From Octopus vulgaris (taxonomy: Eukaryota): a stretch of DNA of 64,000 bases. Positions 36,189-49,445 of the stretch are shown one piece after another. The notes under the pieces were generated by a model. It did no database searches and was not told the origin of the DNA. It worked only from the letters and a program-made list of their open reading frames with translations. The DNA lies in the NCBI GenBank assembly GCA_951406725.2, contig OX597838.1, positions 27,280,001 through 27,344,000 of the forward strand. Reading direction: 5' to 3'. The stretch's first letter is position 1; each line of letters starts with the position of its first letter. The position numbers and the translations under genes are program-made.

Positions 36189-37656
36189 AGTCACTTATAC
36201 ACACTACCAAGTAACAAGCCTTATGTGTCTTGAGGCTCAAGAAATATGAGGAATAATTAAAAAGATTTATTAATCTGTGAAAAAGAGAAATAACTGGATG
36301 AAATAAAGCCTTTATTTTTCTTGATTGGGTAGTCATTTGATGACCAAATGGAAACCTAGTATCCGGTTTCAATTTCCAGTTAAAATGAATTCATTGACTG
36401 GTTATGCTTTATTTTTTATTTTATTTAATAGAAAAATGAATGAATGTTACTATTCATTTGTATTTCCTCTGACTTGTGTTTTTTTAAGATTTTTTAAATG
36501 CCTCTGGTTAAATTAACCTTTTGCAAATCTTTTTTGTATTTTTTAAGAAAAAAGAAATAAAAAAGTAATTTTGTTCTTTCATTTGTAATATTTCTGATAG
36601 TGAATTCGAGGCACAATATCGATGTCGTCATTTTCATCCATCACCGTCATTTTTGTTGACCGTTGTTGTTGTTGTTGTCAGCATCCTTGTTGTAGTTACC
36701 GTCATCAAAACCTGCAGTAAGAGCATCAGTGATGATAGCAGCGATGGTGTTAGAGCTGTTAACTCCATTGCCACCACCACCACCACGATCACTACCACCA
36801 CCATCTCAATTATCGTTGTCATCATCATTGGTTAATGGACAATGAGCACTGGATGAAAAAAGAAAGAAAAATATGGCCTACGCTGTCGGTGGCGAGGAAA
36901 AAATATGGTATATGTGGGAGCAGGAGGCTAAGGAAAAACTGCAAGTAAGGGGCATGGAAGTCAGGCCTCAAGTTGTTGGGGCCTTTGCATAGACAAGCTG
37001 ACAAAAGAACCAACCATGATGAATGGCAATATGTTATATGACAGATCCATCCACGACACACCAGCATGGAGAAAAAAAAAAGAGTCAAAAATAAAAGAAT
37101 AAAAAAAAAAAACAAATACAGTAAAGCAAAAAAAAAATGGTTGTTAAAACAATGAATGAATGAAATTACTGCTGCTGCTGTTGATTAGACTTCATGGATT
37201 TGGCTGGTCTGCACCTAATGCACCGTTCGATGCATATTAATTTTGCATCGTTTGATAAGGCGGCCTAATTTTTCTAATTCAATTCTGCTAAGTGAATTTT
37301 GTTGATTGATTTCGTTGATTGTTAAAAGCAAAATCTGGAAATACGTAAAAGGAAGGAGATCCGGAATGGTTTGCTCACTTGCTCATCCTTGGAGTTTTAA
37401 CTTTTAAAGGCAAGACGCAAAAAAGAAAATGAAGAATTTTTTTATTTTTGTCAAATCCAAATTAAAAATTTTGGTGAAAGAAATTAGCTTTTTTTTATTT
37501 TTGCAATAATTTCTTTTTGGTCTTTTTTTTCATTTTTATTTATTATGTCATTATTAAATTTTTGTCATCCTCATCATCACCACCACCACCATCACCATCA
37601 ACATCATAATCACCACCATCAGTATTATTAGTTGCATCAATACAACAGGAACCTAA

Positions 37657-37888
37657 GGCGGCGAGCTGGCAGAAACGTTAACACGCCAGGCAAAATGCTT
37701 AGCGGTATTTCATCTGCCGCTACGTTCTGAGTTCAAATTCCGCCGAGGTTGACTTTGCCTTTCGTCCTTTTGGAGTTGATTAAATAAGTACCAGTTACGC
37801 ACTGGTGTCGATATAATTGACTTAATCCATTTGTCTGTCCTTGTTTGTCCCCTCTGTGTGTAGCCCCCTTGTGGGCAGTAAAGAAATA
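37657..37888 (+). mobile_element. SINE family B with 10-bp TSD
   Basis: ggcggcgagctggcagaaacg...gtaaagaaata flanked by aggaacctaa. Confidence 0.93.
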
Positions 37889-38479
37889 AGGAACCTAATT
37901 TCACCATTGGAAGCCATTGTCCACCATCTCCATTTCTGTTGTCACAATCTCCTGTATTACTAACATCTGTCATCACCATCGAAGGACTCTATGTGGTCAC
38001 TCAACATGCTAGGAATAGCAGCTCTCTTCATTGTGTCTTTTCTATAAGCGTCTCCATGGTCATTGCCCTAATGAAGTTCCTTGTCTAGCACCTTCTGTCA
38101 AAACCTTAAAATGTGTCCCCCTGCTTCTCTTCCTTGGCACATTTTTTGCTCTGTTGAGCTTTCTGTTAATCACAAGTCCTTTTATCCTAACAGCTTCTCT
38201 CCTCAAACTGCTCCTCTCTGGAACTCATAACCATCATTTTCTTTTCAAATTTAGAATCAAGTTGTTAACATAGTGGAAACTCTTCCTTTTACTTGGTTGG
38301 AGTCTTTGGCTCATCATCAAAATGTATCTTCATTTTGTTTCTTCTATAAGCATTTCCAGTTTGCTCTGATGAACTTTCATATCTTTTGTATTGTCTGCCA
38401 AGACCTTAAAATGTGTCACCCACTTCTCTTCCCAGGGACATTATCTTTTGATTTCTGCTCCCTGTTAGTCATAACGCCT

Positions 38480-38730
38480 AGCACGTAAAAAGCACCATCC
38501 GTCCGTGGCCGTTTGCCAGCTCCGTCTGGCATCTGTGTGGGTGGCACGTAAAAAGCACCCACTACAGCCACGGAGTGGTTGGCGTTAGGAAGGGCATCCA
38601 GCCGTAGAAGCACTGCCAGATCAGACTGGGCCTGATGCAGCCTTCTGGCTTCACAGACCCCAGTTGAACCATCCAACCCATGCTAGCATGGAAAGCGGAC
38701 GCTAAATGATGATGATGATGATGATGATGA
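38480..38730 (+). mobile_element. family C element
   Basis: gcacgtaaaaagcacc twice, ggttggcgttaggaagggcatccagccg, then a (GAT)n tail. Confidence 0.88.
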
Positions 38731-39119
38731 TGTTTCTTTCCTTGACCTGCTACTCTCATCAAAATCTCAGTTACAGCTTTTTGCCCTCTTATACTGCAGT
38801 AGCTTCAAGCCTTGTTTGAGACAAAATCACTAAAACAAAGAAAGGGTCTATTCCATCAGACTCGACCTTTGGTTAAAGAAAGCAAATGAAAAATGTAGAA
38901 TGATTTTTAGGGAACAGTAATTACTGGTATCATTTGTGGTTGGGGTGATTGTGAGTTGGTGAATAGATTATTGCAAGAGGGAGAGAGGCACAAAGTACTT
39001 GCCATTATTGATCTTGAGCTATACTTTTTCACTGATAAAACTAGGGTTACTTTATTTGGTTCAGGGAGAGAATGGCTATGGCCATGCTGGAGCACTGACA
39101 CTGCAGTAGAAGTAACTTA

Positions 39120-39466
39120 CTGTATTTGATGGCATATAAGATGCACCTTTTTTTTTTTTTTTTAAACCCCAAAGTGGCTTAAAAAATCCCCCTGTGTCCA
39201 ATGCACTCAGTGTAGGCTCAAAACTCGCTCAAAACAGTATGTATGTTTACGAAACGCGTGCTGCCATCTATTGGTGAACAATCGCCTACGGTATGCTTAT
39301 ATGTGGATGCATTAAATTGCTTATAAGTTACTGGTAATAACATAAAGTTATACAGGTAAATGGAGGAATTAAAACATTATTTTAGTGGTAATTTATTTTA
39401 CAAAAGTATAGCCGAGGCTAAGGTACGTCCTATGCACTCATGCGTCTTATAGGCAATCAAATACGG
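39120..39466. mobile_element. Tc2/pogo-like MITE
   Basis: TA|CTGTATTTGATGGCATATAAGATGCA ... TGCGTCTTATAGGCAATCAAATACGG|TA: 26-bp TIRs with 4 mismatches. Confidence 0.85.
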
Positions 39467-39860
39467 TACTTTGATATGACAAAACACCATGTTAAAAACA
39501 TCATGACCACAGTCTCAGGAAGTGTGATGCCTGTTGGTATGTGAGATAGTGTAATCTGAGATGCCTGGGAAAAAAAAAAAGGAAAAAGAACAGGATGGTC
39601 ATGGCTGGAATGCTGTTTATGATAGGCCTACTCAATCAGAGCTGATCTGGAGGTTAAATAATTATGTTTATAGTTGTGTTTGTTTTAGTTTTGAAGCTTT
39701 GTAAGAGATGGTAGATTAGCCACCCACTGTCGCATATATATATATATATGCATGCACACACACATGTACATATGTACCTCTCTATATAAATATACTTACA
39801 TGTATATATGCATATGTACACACACATGCATTTATATATGTGGGTATATTCATACACACA

Positions 39861-40250
39861 TTTACTCTTTTACTCTTTTACTTGTTTCAGTCATTTGACT
39901 GCGGCCATGCTGGAGCACCACCTTTAGTCGAGCAACTCGACCCCGGGACTTATTCTTTTTGTAAGCCCAGTACTTATTCTATCGGTCTCTTTTTGCTGAA
40001 CCGCTAGGTGACGGGGACGTAAACACACCATCATCGGTTGTCAAGCAATGCTAGGGGAACAAACACAGACACACACATATATATATACACATATATACGA
40101 CAGGCTTCTTTCAGTTCCTGTCTACCAAATCCACTCACATAGCATTGGTCGGCCTGGGGCAAGAAGACACTTGCCCAAGATGCCACGCAGTGGGACTGAA
40201 CCCGGAACCATGTGGTTGGTTAGCAAGCTACTTACCACACAGCCACTCCT
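39861..40250 (-). mobile_element. SINE family A, near full length
   Basis: (TAAAAGAG)n tail through AGGAGTGGCTGTGTGG head on the minus strand. Confidence 0.9.
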
Positions 40251-40918
40251 TACCACAGCCACATATATAAATATTTATGTAATATATGTGTATACTCATA
40301 CACACATGTATATTTAAATATTAATATAAAAAAACTCCCTCCACAACATATATATAAATACACACATATATACATAAGCAAGCACACACACACGCGCACC
40401 TTTGAACCTCTTTCATTAGAAAATATGATTTGTCTGTCAATTCTGAAGAAATAAGTTTTAGATGATAAATAAGATATCTCTCGGGTAAGAACTGAATTAA
40501 TGCGTTTACTAACGCAGTATCTGCTGCTGTCCACGTCACAACTTAATATTTTTATTTCCATAATCAAATTAACTCTAAATATTACTTTCTGGAAATTTAT
40601 AATTTGTTTTTGTATATTTCTGTAATTTTACTTGTTTTCTTTTTTATTTAAAAAAAATTATGTGGCTGTCTGCTGATTTCTGTTTGCCGATAACATTGTG
40701 TAAAATGCTTTTATATTTCGTACGCATCTTTGCTGTGTGGTGAGACTTCATTTAGAGTGTTGTGCCATTAAAATAATTTGTCAAACTTGTTGGATTTATC
40801 AAATTTAGTGAAATCATTTCAGCAGTTGTAAAAGACAAATGTATCTAAATGTTGCTTTATTCAGATGCATTCTCTTAAATATTTTCTTTTATTCTTTTAT
40901 TTGTTTCAGTCATTTGAC

Positions 40919-40991
40919 TGAAGTTTCGCCTGCACAGCGCTCATCAGGTAGTTTGATCTTAGCTGATGAGCCATGCGTTGGTGAAACTTCA
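40919..40991. ncRNA. inverted pair of hammerhead-ribozyme cores (stem I not evident)
   Basis: Plus strand: CTGATGA GCCA tgcgt TGGT GAAAC (40963-40987). Minus strand: CTGATGA GCGCTGTGCAGGC GAAAC TTCA GTC (40947 downwards). Confidence 0.55.
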
Positions 40992-41379
40992 AAATGTAAC
41001 ATGACTATACAACATTCAGTCTTTTGATATAAATACGTGAATATGTGTGTGCAGGCAATGCATGCACATGCACACACAAGCACACACACACACATATACC
41101 ATAGTTACTCCTTAGTTTCCCTCCCTAATTTAGTATTAAACTTTGGAATGAAATTTTCTCCTTCACATTTAAACTTGATTCTAGCTTTGCCCTATGTATA
41201 AGTCTCCTCCAGTTTTTCCATTTAAAGCCAAGTATAAAATAGTGTGAATTATACTCAAGTAAATACAGTTTGTGTATGTGTGAATATTTATATATATATA
41301 TATATATGTGTATATATATCAGAACCCCGGTCGAACCGTCCAACCCATGCTAGCATGGAGAACGGACGTTAAACGACGA

Positions 41380-41423
<44 letters not shown>

Positions 41424-41425
<2 letters not shown>

Positions 41426-41649
41426 TTTATTGCCCACAAGGGGCTAAACATAGAGAGGACAAACAAGGACAGACAAAGGGATTAAGTCGATTACATCGAC
41501 CCCAGTGCGAAACTGGTACTTTTTATTTATCGACCCCGAAAGGATGAAAGGCAAAGTCGACCTCGGCGGAATTTGAACTCAGAATGTAACGACAGACGAA
41601 ATACTGCTAAGCATTCCGCCCGGCGCGCTAACGTTTCTGCCAGCTTGCC
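41424..41649 (-). mobile_element. SINE family B, young
   Basis: CpG-rich full copy inserted in a (TA)n tract. Confidence 0.92.
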
Positions 41650-42430
<781 letters not shown>

Positions 42431-42965
42431 CGCACATATGTAGATAGATAGTCAAAGAGAGGGTGAGGGTGGGACTGACAGACAGGCAGATGGTTACGTT
42501 TCTCGACGATTCTTCTTTGATGTATTTCCGCACTGCTTTAAAGCATCTTCATCAAATACTGAAGAAGGGTTTGGGTGGAGCTGTTAAGGTCAGCAACACG
42601 TAACATTTGGCGTGTGATAAAGCTCGTAAACTATACTATAGGATGTTTTATAACTTCTTTTATTGATATGCGACACCGCAGCAGTGGGAGAAACCTGGAG
42701 GCTGAGGCAAATATGTTATCAAGGAAAAAAGTTTAGGTTGATAAACTCGCTGACTTTTCTTCTCAAGAACCGATAACAAATGTTTCTTTATTAGTAACTT
42801 AACAGATTGGTGAAGTTTTTGCGTTGTTTTTTGTTTTCTCTTCTTTCTACGAACAAATGAAATGAATACCTTCGCCTCACAAAAAACACACCCTTACTCT
42901 CTCTTTCCAGTAGAACCACTTACCTTTCTGTGCAAACCAAACTACCACATATTGTTTGTCTTGTT

Positions 42966-43407
42966 CAGTGGTTCCCAACCATTTTTTTACCTATGGACCC
43001 CTTTTGATTTCTATTTTACTTGGGTGGACCCTCTAAGTCATTCAGTGTTTAAAAGAATCCTGTTATATTTTCTTTTATTCTTTTATTTGTTTCAGTCATT
43101 TGACTGTGACCATGCTGGGGCACCACCTTTAGTCGAGCAAATCAACCCCAGGACTTATTCTGTGTAAGCCTAGTACTTATTCTATTGATGGGCTTCTTTC
43201 AGTTTCCATCTACCAAATCCACTCACAAGGATTTGGCCAGCCCAAGACTATGGTATAAGATACTTGCCCAAGTTGCCACACAGTGGGACTGAACCCGGAA
43301 CCATGTGGTTGGTAAGCAAGCTATTTACCACGCAGCTACTCCTGCGCCTTGGACAAAATCTTATATGAACCCCAAAGGGTCATATGGACTGCAGTTGCAA
43401 ACCACTG
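42966..43407. mobile_element. hAT MITE containing an internally deleted family A SINE (~43068-43348, minus)
   Basis: TIRs cagtggttcccaac / gttgcaaaccactg; the SINE lacks its central section. Confidence 0.8.
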
Positions 43408-45626
43408 CTCTAGCTGTATGCATTGGCCCTCTCCGGTCATAATGAATTGTTTAATTATAAAAACAAAGGAAACTGGAGTTTATCCCTTTTCTCCTCTTCA
43501 TCCTCAATTTTCCTATTCTTCAAACCCTCTCTGTTATCATCATCACACCATCACTACCACCACCACCACCACCATCAGCAACAGCAGCAGTACATCTCTT
43601 CCTCCTTCGTCCCAGATCCCCCTCTCCAGTTTTCCTGTTCTTCAAAACCTTCTTCATTATCATTCATCAATCCAATCCATGCTTACTTCACCATTCCTTG
43701 TAAGTCCTAAGGTGTTTACACCCTTTCATTTGTTTTCGTTGTTCAATTTGTTGCCGAAATTCCATTATTTGTTTGTAGCTGTGGTAACTAGATCAAGTTT
43801 TAGGCGGTTTCCCTCGGAAAACATTCCTCTACAATGGGTGTCCTGCTGTAAAGGTATTGTTCACTGGAATTGTACAGAATTGCAAACTTAATTTTCACAG
43901 TTTTGCTTGGGAAGCTTTGACATCCCCAAAGTGAACAGTTAAATCTTTGAAAAAAAAAAAACGAGGTAGGAAGCATATAAATTCTCCCTTTTCAGACAGC
44001 ATTTTGAAATGGTTTGAATCATGATTTGGGTTGTATTGTTGTGTTTTGAGGCAAAACACTTGATTTGATTGAAATTACATGACTTCATGAAATATCATTT
44101 ATTTATTTCTCAATTGGCTTTCAATTTATTTTCTTCTCTTGACTCCATATTAATGCATTTGTGATAAGCTATCGACAGAATCAGGAGTGAGAAGTGTTTC
44201 CTGTTCGTACACCTCTCTAGAAATTTATCTATGAAAAACGAAAAAAAAAATGAAGAAAAAGAAAAACCCTCTGGGTTCTCTCTTGTTCAATGCTCAATTA
44301 CTTTCTTGTAGTGACAAGAATTTCAATCAAAGCAAGCAGAGGAATAAAAGATAGAGAAAGAACATATCTATGCATGTCAGACCAGCAGTTTTTAGAGTTG
44401 TTGTTTTGTTGTTTGATTTCTTTTCCTCGTGGTTGCAATGTAATTTAGTTTAATTTTAATTAATAATTATTTTCCTTGATGGGTATGCAAGCCCTCAGTT
44501 GATAATCTGGTTACCTTCTGTGTTGCTTTTATGTTCCTGTATAGCTGAGGTCCTTATAATTTACTTAAAAGATTCTAATTAAACATTTCGGAAGGAGGAG
44601 GGAGGGAAAAAATATGGGGGAGGTAGGGTGGCACTTTAATGTACCGAAACACTGAAATTTTCATTTTGATAAATAAAAACGATAAAAAGCACAAAGGTTT
44701 AGAGAGGAAAAAAAGAAAAGATGATAATGTTAGATATTTTCTATTGACAAGTTTTTCTCAGAACAATATCTTTCTTCTGATATTGTTTCTGAACAAAGAT
44801 CTTTCCACACAGGTTAATTTTCACTTGTGCGTTCAGTCATCTCGAGCTTTGATAGTAATTACTTTTATAAATTTCTTCAAAATTATTTTTCTCTTTCTTT
44901 AAAAAAAAAAACCCCAAAAAACCAAAAAAAAAAATTTTTTTTAATAAGCTTAATAATTTGATTTTATGTCTTGTTTTGTTTCCATTTTTAAAAAAATCGT
45001 TTTACCTATCGATAATTGCCGAATATGTATTTTGCTAGTATCACTACTTTATATAAATTAAATTTATTAAATAAATGCTTATCTTTCCTTCCACCCCCAC
45101 CCCACCCCCAAGCACCATCACTCCCACTACCGACTTATGTTAAACTCTACCTCATGATTTTCGCTGGCAATGACATCTTCTTCTTCATCTTCCCTCTCTC
45201 TCCCCTCTCATCTCATCCTTTCTCCTTCAGCTCTTTCTTATTCTTTCTTCATGCCTGTCTGTCTGTCTGTCTATTCCTGCCGCGTTCATTTTGTTTTCCC
45301 TCTCTTCTTCTTCTTCTTCTTCTTCTTCTTTTTTTTCTTCCTCTTATCCATTTCTTTTGAATGAATATCAATTTGTAAAACTTGTGTTTAGCCATTTATA
45401 AAACTCTGCTGCAAGGCAGAATATTATTGCTCTGCTTCATTATAATAATCGATTCGATGCTAAATTGTTTTCCAGCATCAGAATGGAACTAATTTCAAAG
45501 CAGACAAAACGAGATCGTGTCTCATCTCATTTTCTAAAGGAAGTCTATATTGTTTAATGACATACATACATTGATATGCACCTACACAATCATAACATAC
45601 ATACATGCATGTATGTGTGTGTATAA

Positions 45627-45666
<40 letters not shown>

Positions 45667-45850
45667 ATTGAAGTATTAAATGAGTAAAGTATTTGATATA
45701 AAATTTTGAGAGAAAGGTGGTGGTGGGGGACCTACAGATTACTTACAAATCTGAAATTGACTGACACACACATTAAAGAAGATAAAAAAGAAACACTGTA
45801 GCCTACTTCACGTATGGTTATTTTTTTGTCGATATTTTTGTTTTTTATAT

Positions 45851-46454
45851 ACTCTTTTACTTGTTTCAGTCATTTGACTGCGGCCATGCTTGAGCACCGC
45901 CTTTAGTCGAGCAAATCGACCCTGGGACTTATTCTTTGTAAGCCCAGTACTTATTCTATTGGTCTCTTTTGCCGAACCGCTAAGTGACGGGGACGTAAAC
46001 ACACCAGCATCGGTTGTTAAGCAATGCTAGGAGGACAAACACACACACATACACATATATATATATATACGACAGGCTTCTTTCAGTTTCCGTCTACCAA
46101 ATCCACTCACAAGGCATTGGTCGGCCCGGGGCTATAGCAGAAGACACTTGCCCAAGATGCCACGCAGTGGGACTGAACCTGGAACCATGTGGTTGGTTAG
46201 CAAGCTATTTACCACACAGCCACTCCTTTACTATATTACTTTACTACCTACAAGGGGCTAAACACAGAGGGGACAAACAAGGACAGACAAACGTATTAAG
46301 TCGATTACATCGACCCCCAGTGCGCAGCTGGTACTTAATTTATCGACCCCAAAAGGATGAAAGGCAAAGTCGACCTCGGCGGAATTTAAACGGCAGACGA
46401 AATACGGCTATGCATTTCGCCCGGCGTGCTTACGTTTCTGCCAGCTTGCCGCCT
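45851..46454 (-). mobile_element. adjacent family A (45851-46227) and family B (~46235-46454) SINEs
   Basis: Both are near-consensus copies on the minus strand. Confidence 0.9.
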
Positions 46455-46658
46455 TATGTTTTTATATATTAATAAAAACCTGTGTGTGAGGTGCAGGCAT
46501 GGCTCTGCCATTGAGAAACTTGCTTCCTGAACCTGTGATCTTGAGTTCAGTCTCACTGCATGGCACATTGGGCAAGGACTTTTCAGTATTAGTCGCAGGC
46601 TGACTGAAACTGTGTGAGTGGATTTGATTGATGGAAACTGAAAGAATCCTGTTGTATC

Positions 46659-46741
<83 letters not shown>

Positions 46742-47045
46742 ACCCTTGTCTTGACATCATATAATGATTGCATATGAGTATCACCACCCTACAAATGAGG
46801 TTGTTTCCAGTCTCCTGTGAAAATATGTCTGGTCATGCAGAAAGATTACTTTTCTTGGAAACTGGTGAGGTTTGTTTTCTTTGTACATCATGATCTCAAT
46901 TTTAGTAAAATTTATAAATTATTATCCCTATTAAGTTAGTAATGATAGCTCACTAGCCATTTAGCTGGGTGCTAGGCATAACAACTACTTAAAGGGGCAC
47001 TACAAAGAAAAAAAAAAAGGAAAAAATGGGTTAAGAACCATTGAC

Positions 47046-47098
47046 TTAACCCATCACCTGGTTTAACGCCACCACCTGGTTTAACGCCACCACCTGGT
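47046..47098. repeat. 18-bp tandem repeat x3
   Basis: ttaac(g)ccaycacctggt three times. Confidence 0.9.
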
Positions 47099-47369
47099 CC
47101 TTGGGTGCTTTAGCCAAGCTCGCTCTGAAGCAATCATTTGGGCCAGGTTACCAGTTTAAGGATCCACTTCTCCCTCCTTCTCATCATTCTTGTAGGCTCT
47201 ATAAAGATTCATGGGCACTGCCATCTCTCTTGGCTAAAAAACTAAAAAAAGGAAAAGTCAATATTTGCGAAATGTAGTTTATCTAAGGCTTTGGGCCCTA
47301 TTTGGCTACTGCTCCTACCAATTTGAGCAACTTTTTGGCAGTCCCTTTGTTGGCCTGGGCTTCTTTGGT

Positions 47370-47777
47370 TGAATTTTTGAGCAAGTTTTGAGGATTAGGA
47401 TAGTTTTTAGTGAATTTAAGGGGCTGGTAGACATTTTTGAGTTTTAGGAGACTGAAGGGATATTTTTCAGTGAGTTTTAGGAATTGGCAAGGAAAATTTT
47501 GAGTGAGTTTTCATGAGCTGGAAGGAGTAATTTTGAAGGAGCTTTAGTGGTAATTCTAGTGAGTTTTGTGGGCTGGAAGGAGTAATTTTGAGTGAGTTTT
47601 AGGAATTTACAATGATAATTTTGAGTGTTTGGTGGGGCTGGAAGTGATAATTTTGAAAGAGCATTAGGGGTTAGTAGGAAATATTGAGTGAGTTTAAGGG
47701 ACTAGTAGGGGTAATTTGAGTGAATTTTGTGAGCTGGTGGAGAATTTTGAGTTTTGGGGGTTAGTAAGGATAATTTT
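47370..47777. repeat. degenerate ~30-34-bp C-poor minisatellite
   Basis: About a dozen AATTTTGAGTGAGTTTTAGGGGCTGGAAGGAGT-like units. Confidence 0.8.
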
Positions 47778-48741
47778 CTTGGTATTTCTTCAGCATTGTT
47801 GTAAGATATTGTAATTCTCTGTGAGAACGAGAAATGAAATAGAACAATGCCAGCCAGCCAGCCAACCAGCCACACGGACATTCAGCGGTGCACACTATAA
47901 TTGCATGTGAGAAGAAGAAGAAGAAGAAGCAAAAGAAAGTTTTATAATTACAAGATGATACAAATAATTGTGAAGATATAATTAACTTCGGTCATTAAAC
48001 ATCAGATCTGCTATTTCCTCTTAGTGAACCGAGTTGTTACATCTAGTCACTTAGTACATTAATAGTCCACTATGTCTCTGCGGTACCTTCATGCATGCTG
48101 CCTCTTTGATAGGACATCCTTTTCTTTCTCTCTCTCTCTCTGTTGGTCTCTCTTTCTCTCTTGTTTATTCATGTGTCCCTCTCCCTCCCCACTCTCTGTT
48201 TTGGTCTCTTGCACTTACAACCTCTCATTCTGTGTGTGTGAATGCAAGTGTTTATGTATCTGTATGGGTAAATGTATTTGTGTATGTATTGTATCCAAAT
48301 GTGTGTGTTTGTATGTATGTTTATAATCTCTCTCATATATCATCATCATCATCGTTTAACGTCTGTTTTCCGTGCTATATATATATATATATATATATAT
48401 ACATACATATACAATTATATAAATATATATATATATATATATGATTGCATATGTGTATATAATATGTATTACACGGGTATACACACGACTGTGTATGTAT
48501 CCCAGATTGCTGTTCTAAGATTTCTTTTGATACCTCTAAACTCTACTAATCCATCAGCTGGTGGCTGATATTATATTATTATATGGTTGTACAGTGTGTA
48601 ATCTTATTTGTTGTTTCATCCACCTTCTTCCTCATTCCTATAATTGAAAGGTGGTGGTGGTGGCGGTGGGTCTTTTGAGAGTATTTTCAACAAGGAAACG
48701 GTTCCTTTTCAACAGCATGCAAACTATTATTTGGTTGTGCC

Positions 48742-49445
48742 TGCCACCATCATCGAACCAACCATCATCATCATCATCATCGCTGTTGTATGCATGTTTA
48801 TAGTCACCATCATTAATGCTGTCATCGTTATAATCACCACCACTACTACCAACATCATTATTCTCATTGTCACCAGCAGCAGCAGCATCATAATCATGAT
48901 TGTCATTACCACTGCCACTAACATCATCAACACCACCACCATCATTGCCATCATCATCATCATCATCCTGATTGTCAACAGCAGCATAATCATCATTGTC
49001 AACACCACCACCATCACCATCATTGTCATCATCAATATCCTGGTCTGCTCAGATAACGCCGAGGTCGACTTTGCCTTTCATCCTTTCGGGGTTGATTAAA
49101 TAAGTACCAGTTTACGTGCTAGGGTTGATGTAATCGACTTAATCCCTTTATCTGTCCTTGTTTGCCCCCTCTATGTTTAGCCCCTTGTGGGCAATAAAGA
49201 AATACAATGTCCCTGTCTGTATTGTCAATGCCATTCTCACGCATAGCCTTTACCATCTACCATAGAGTTGATGTTATGGTTGCCATCATCCACCGTGTAG
49301 CAGTTGTCTCCATCCACCAGGTGACCATTGCCATCTTCTGTGTAACATTGTCATCATCACCTACCTTATAACCATTGTTAATGTTCACCATGTAGCAAGG
49401 AAAATTATTGTCCTCGACCATGTAACTGTAATTATCTTCCACCAT
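48742..49445. repeat. degenerate (CAT/CAC)n trinucleotide tract split by a 5'-truncated family B SINE (~49057-49204)
   Basis: Tract seen directly; the SINE is flanked by a diverged caatatcctggtctg / caatgtccctgtctg duplication. Confidence 0.8.

Noticed and set aside
42495-42610. Possible second inverted hammerhead pair (cttcatca-aata-ctgaagaag)
   Set aside because: No convincing stem II followed by GAAA on either strand.
43349-43891. 180-aa ORF
   Set aside because: Starts in a hAT MITE at a non-ATG codon and crosses low-complexity (CAC)/(CT) tracts; no recognisable domain.
48644-49099. 151-aa Ile/Thr-rich and 102-aa Met/Val-rich ORFs
   Set aside because: Degenerate (CAT)n tract running into a SINE.
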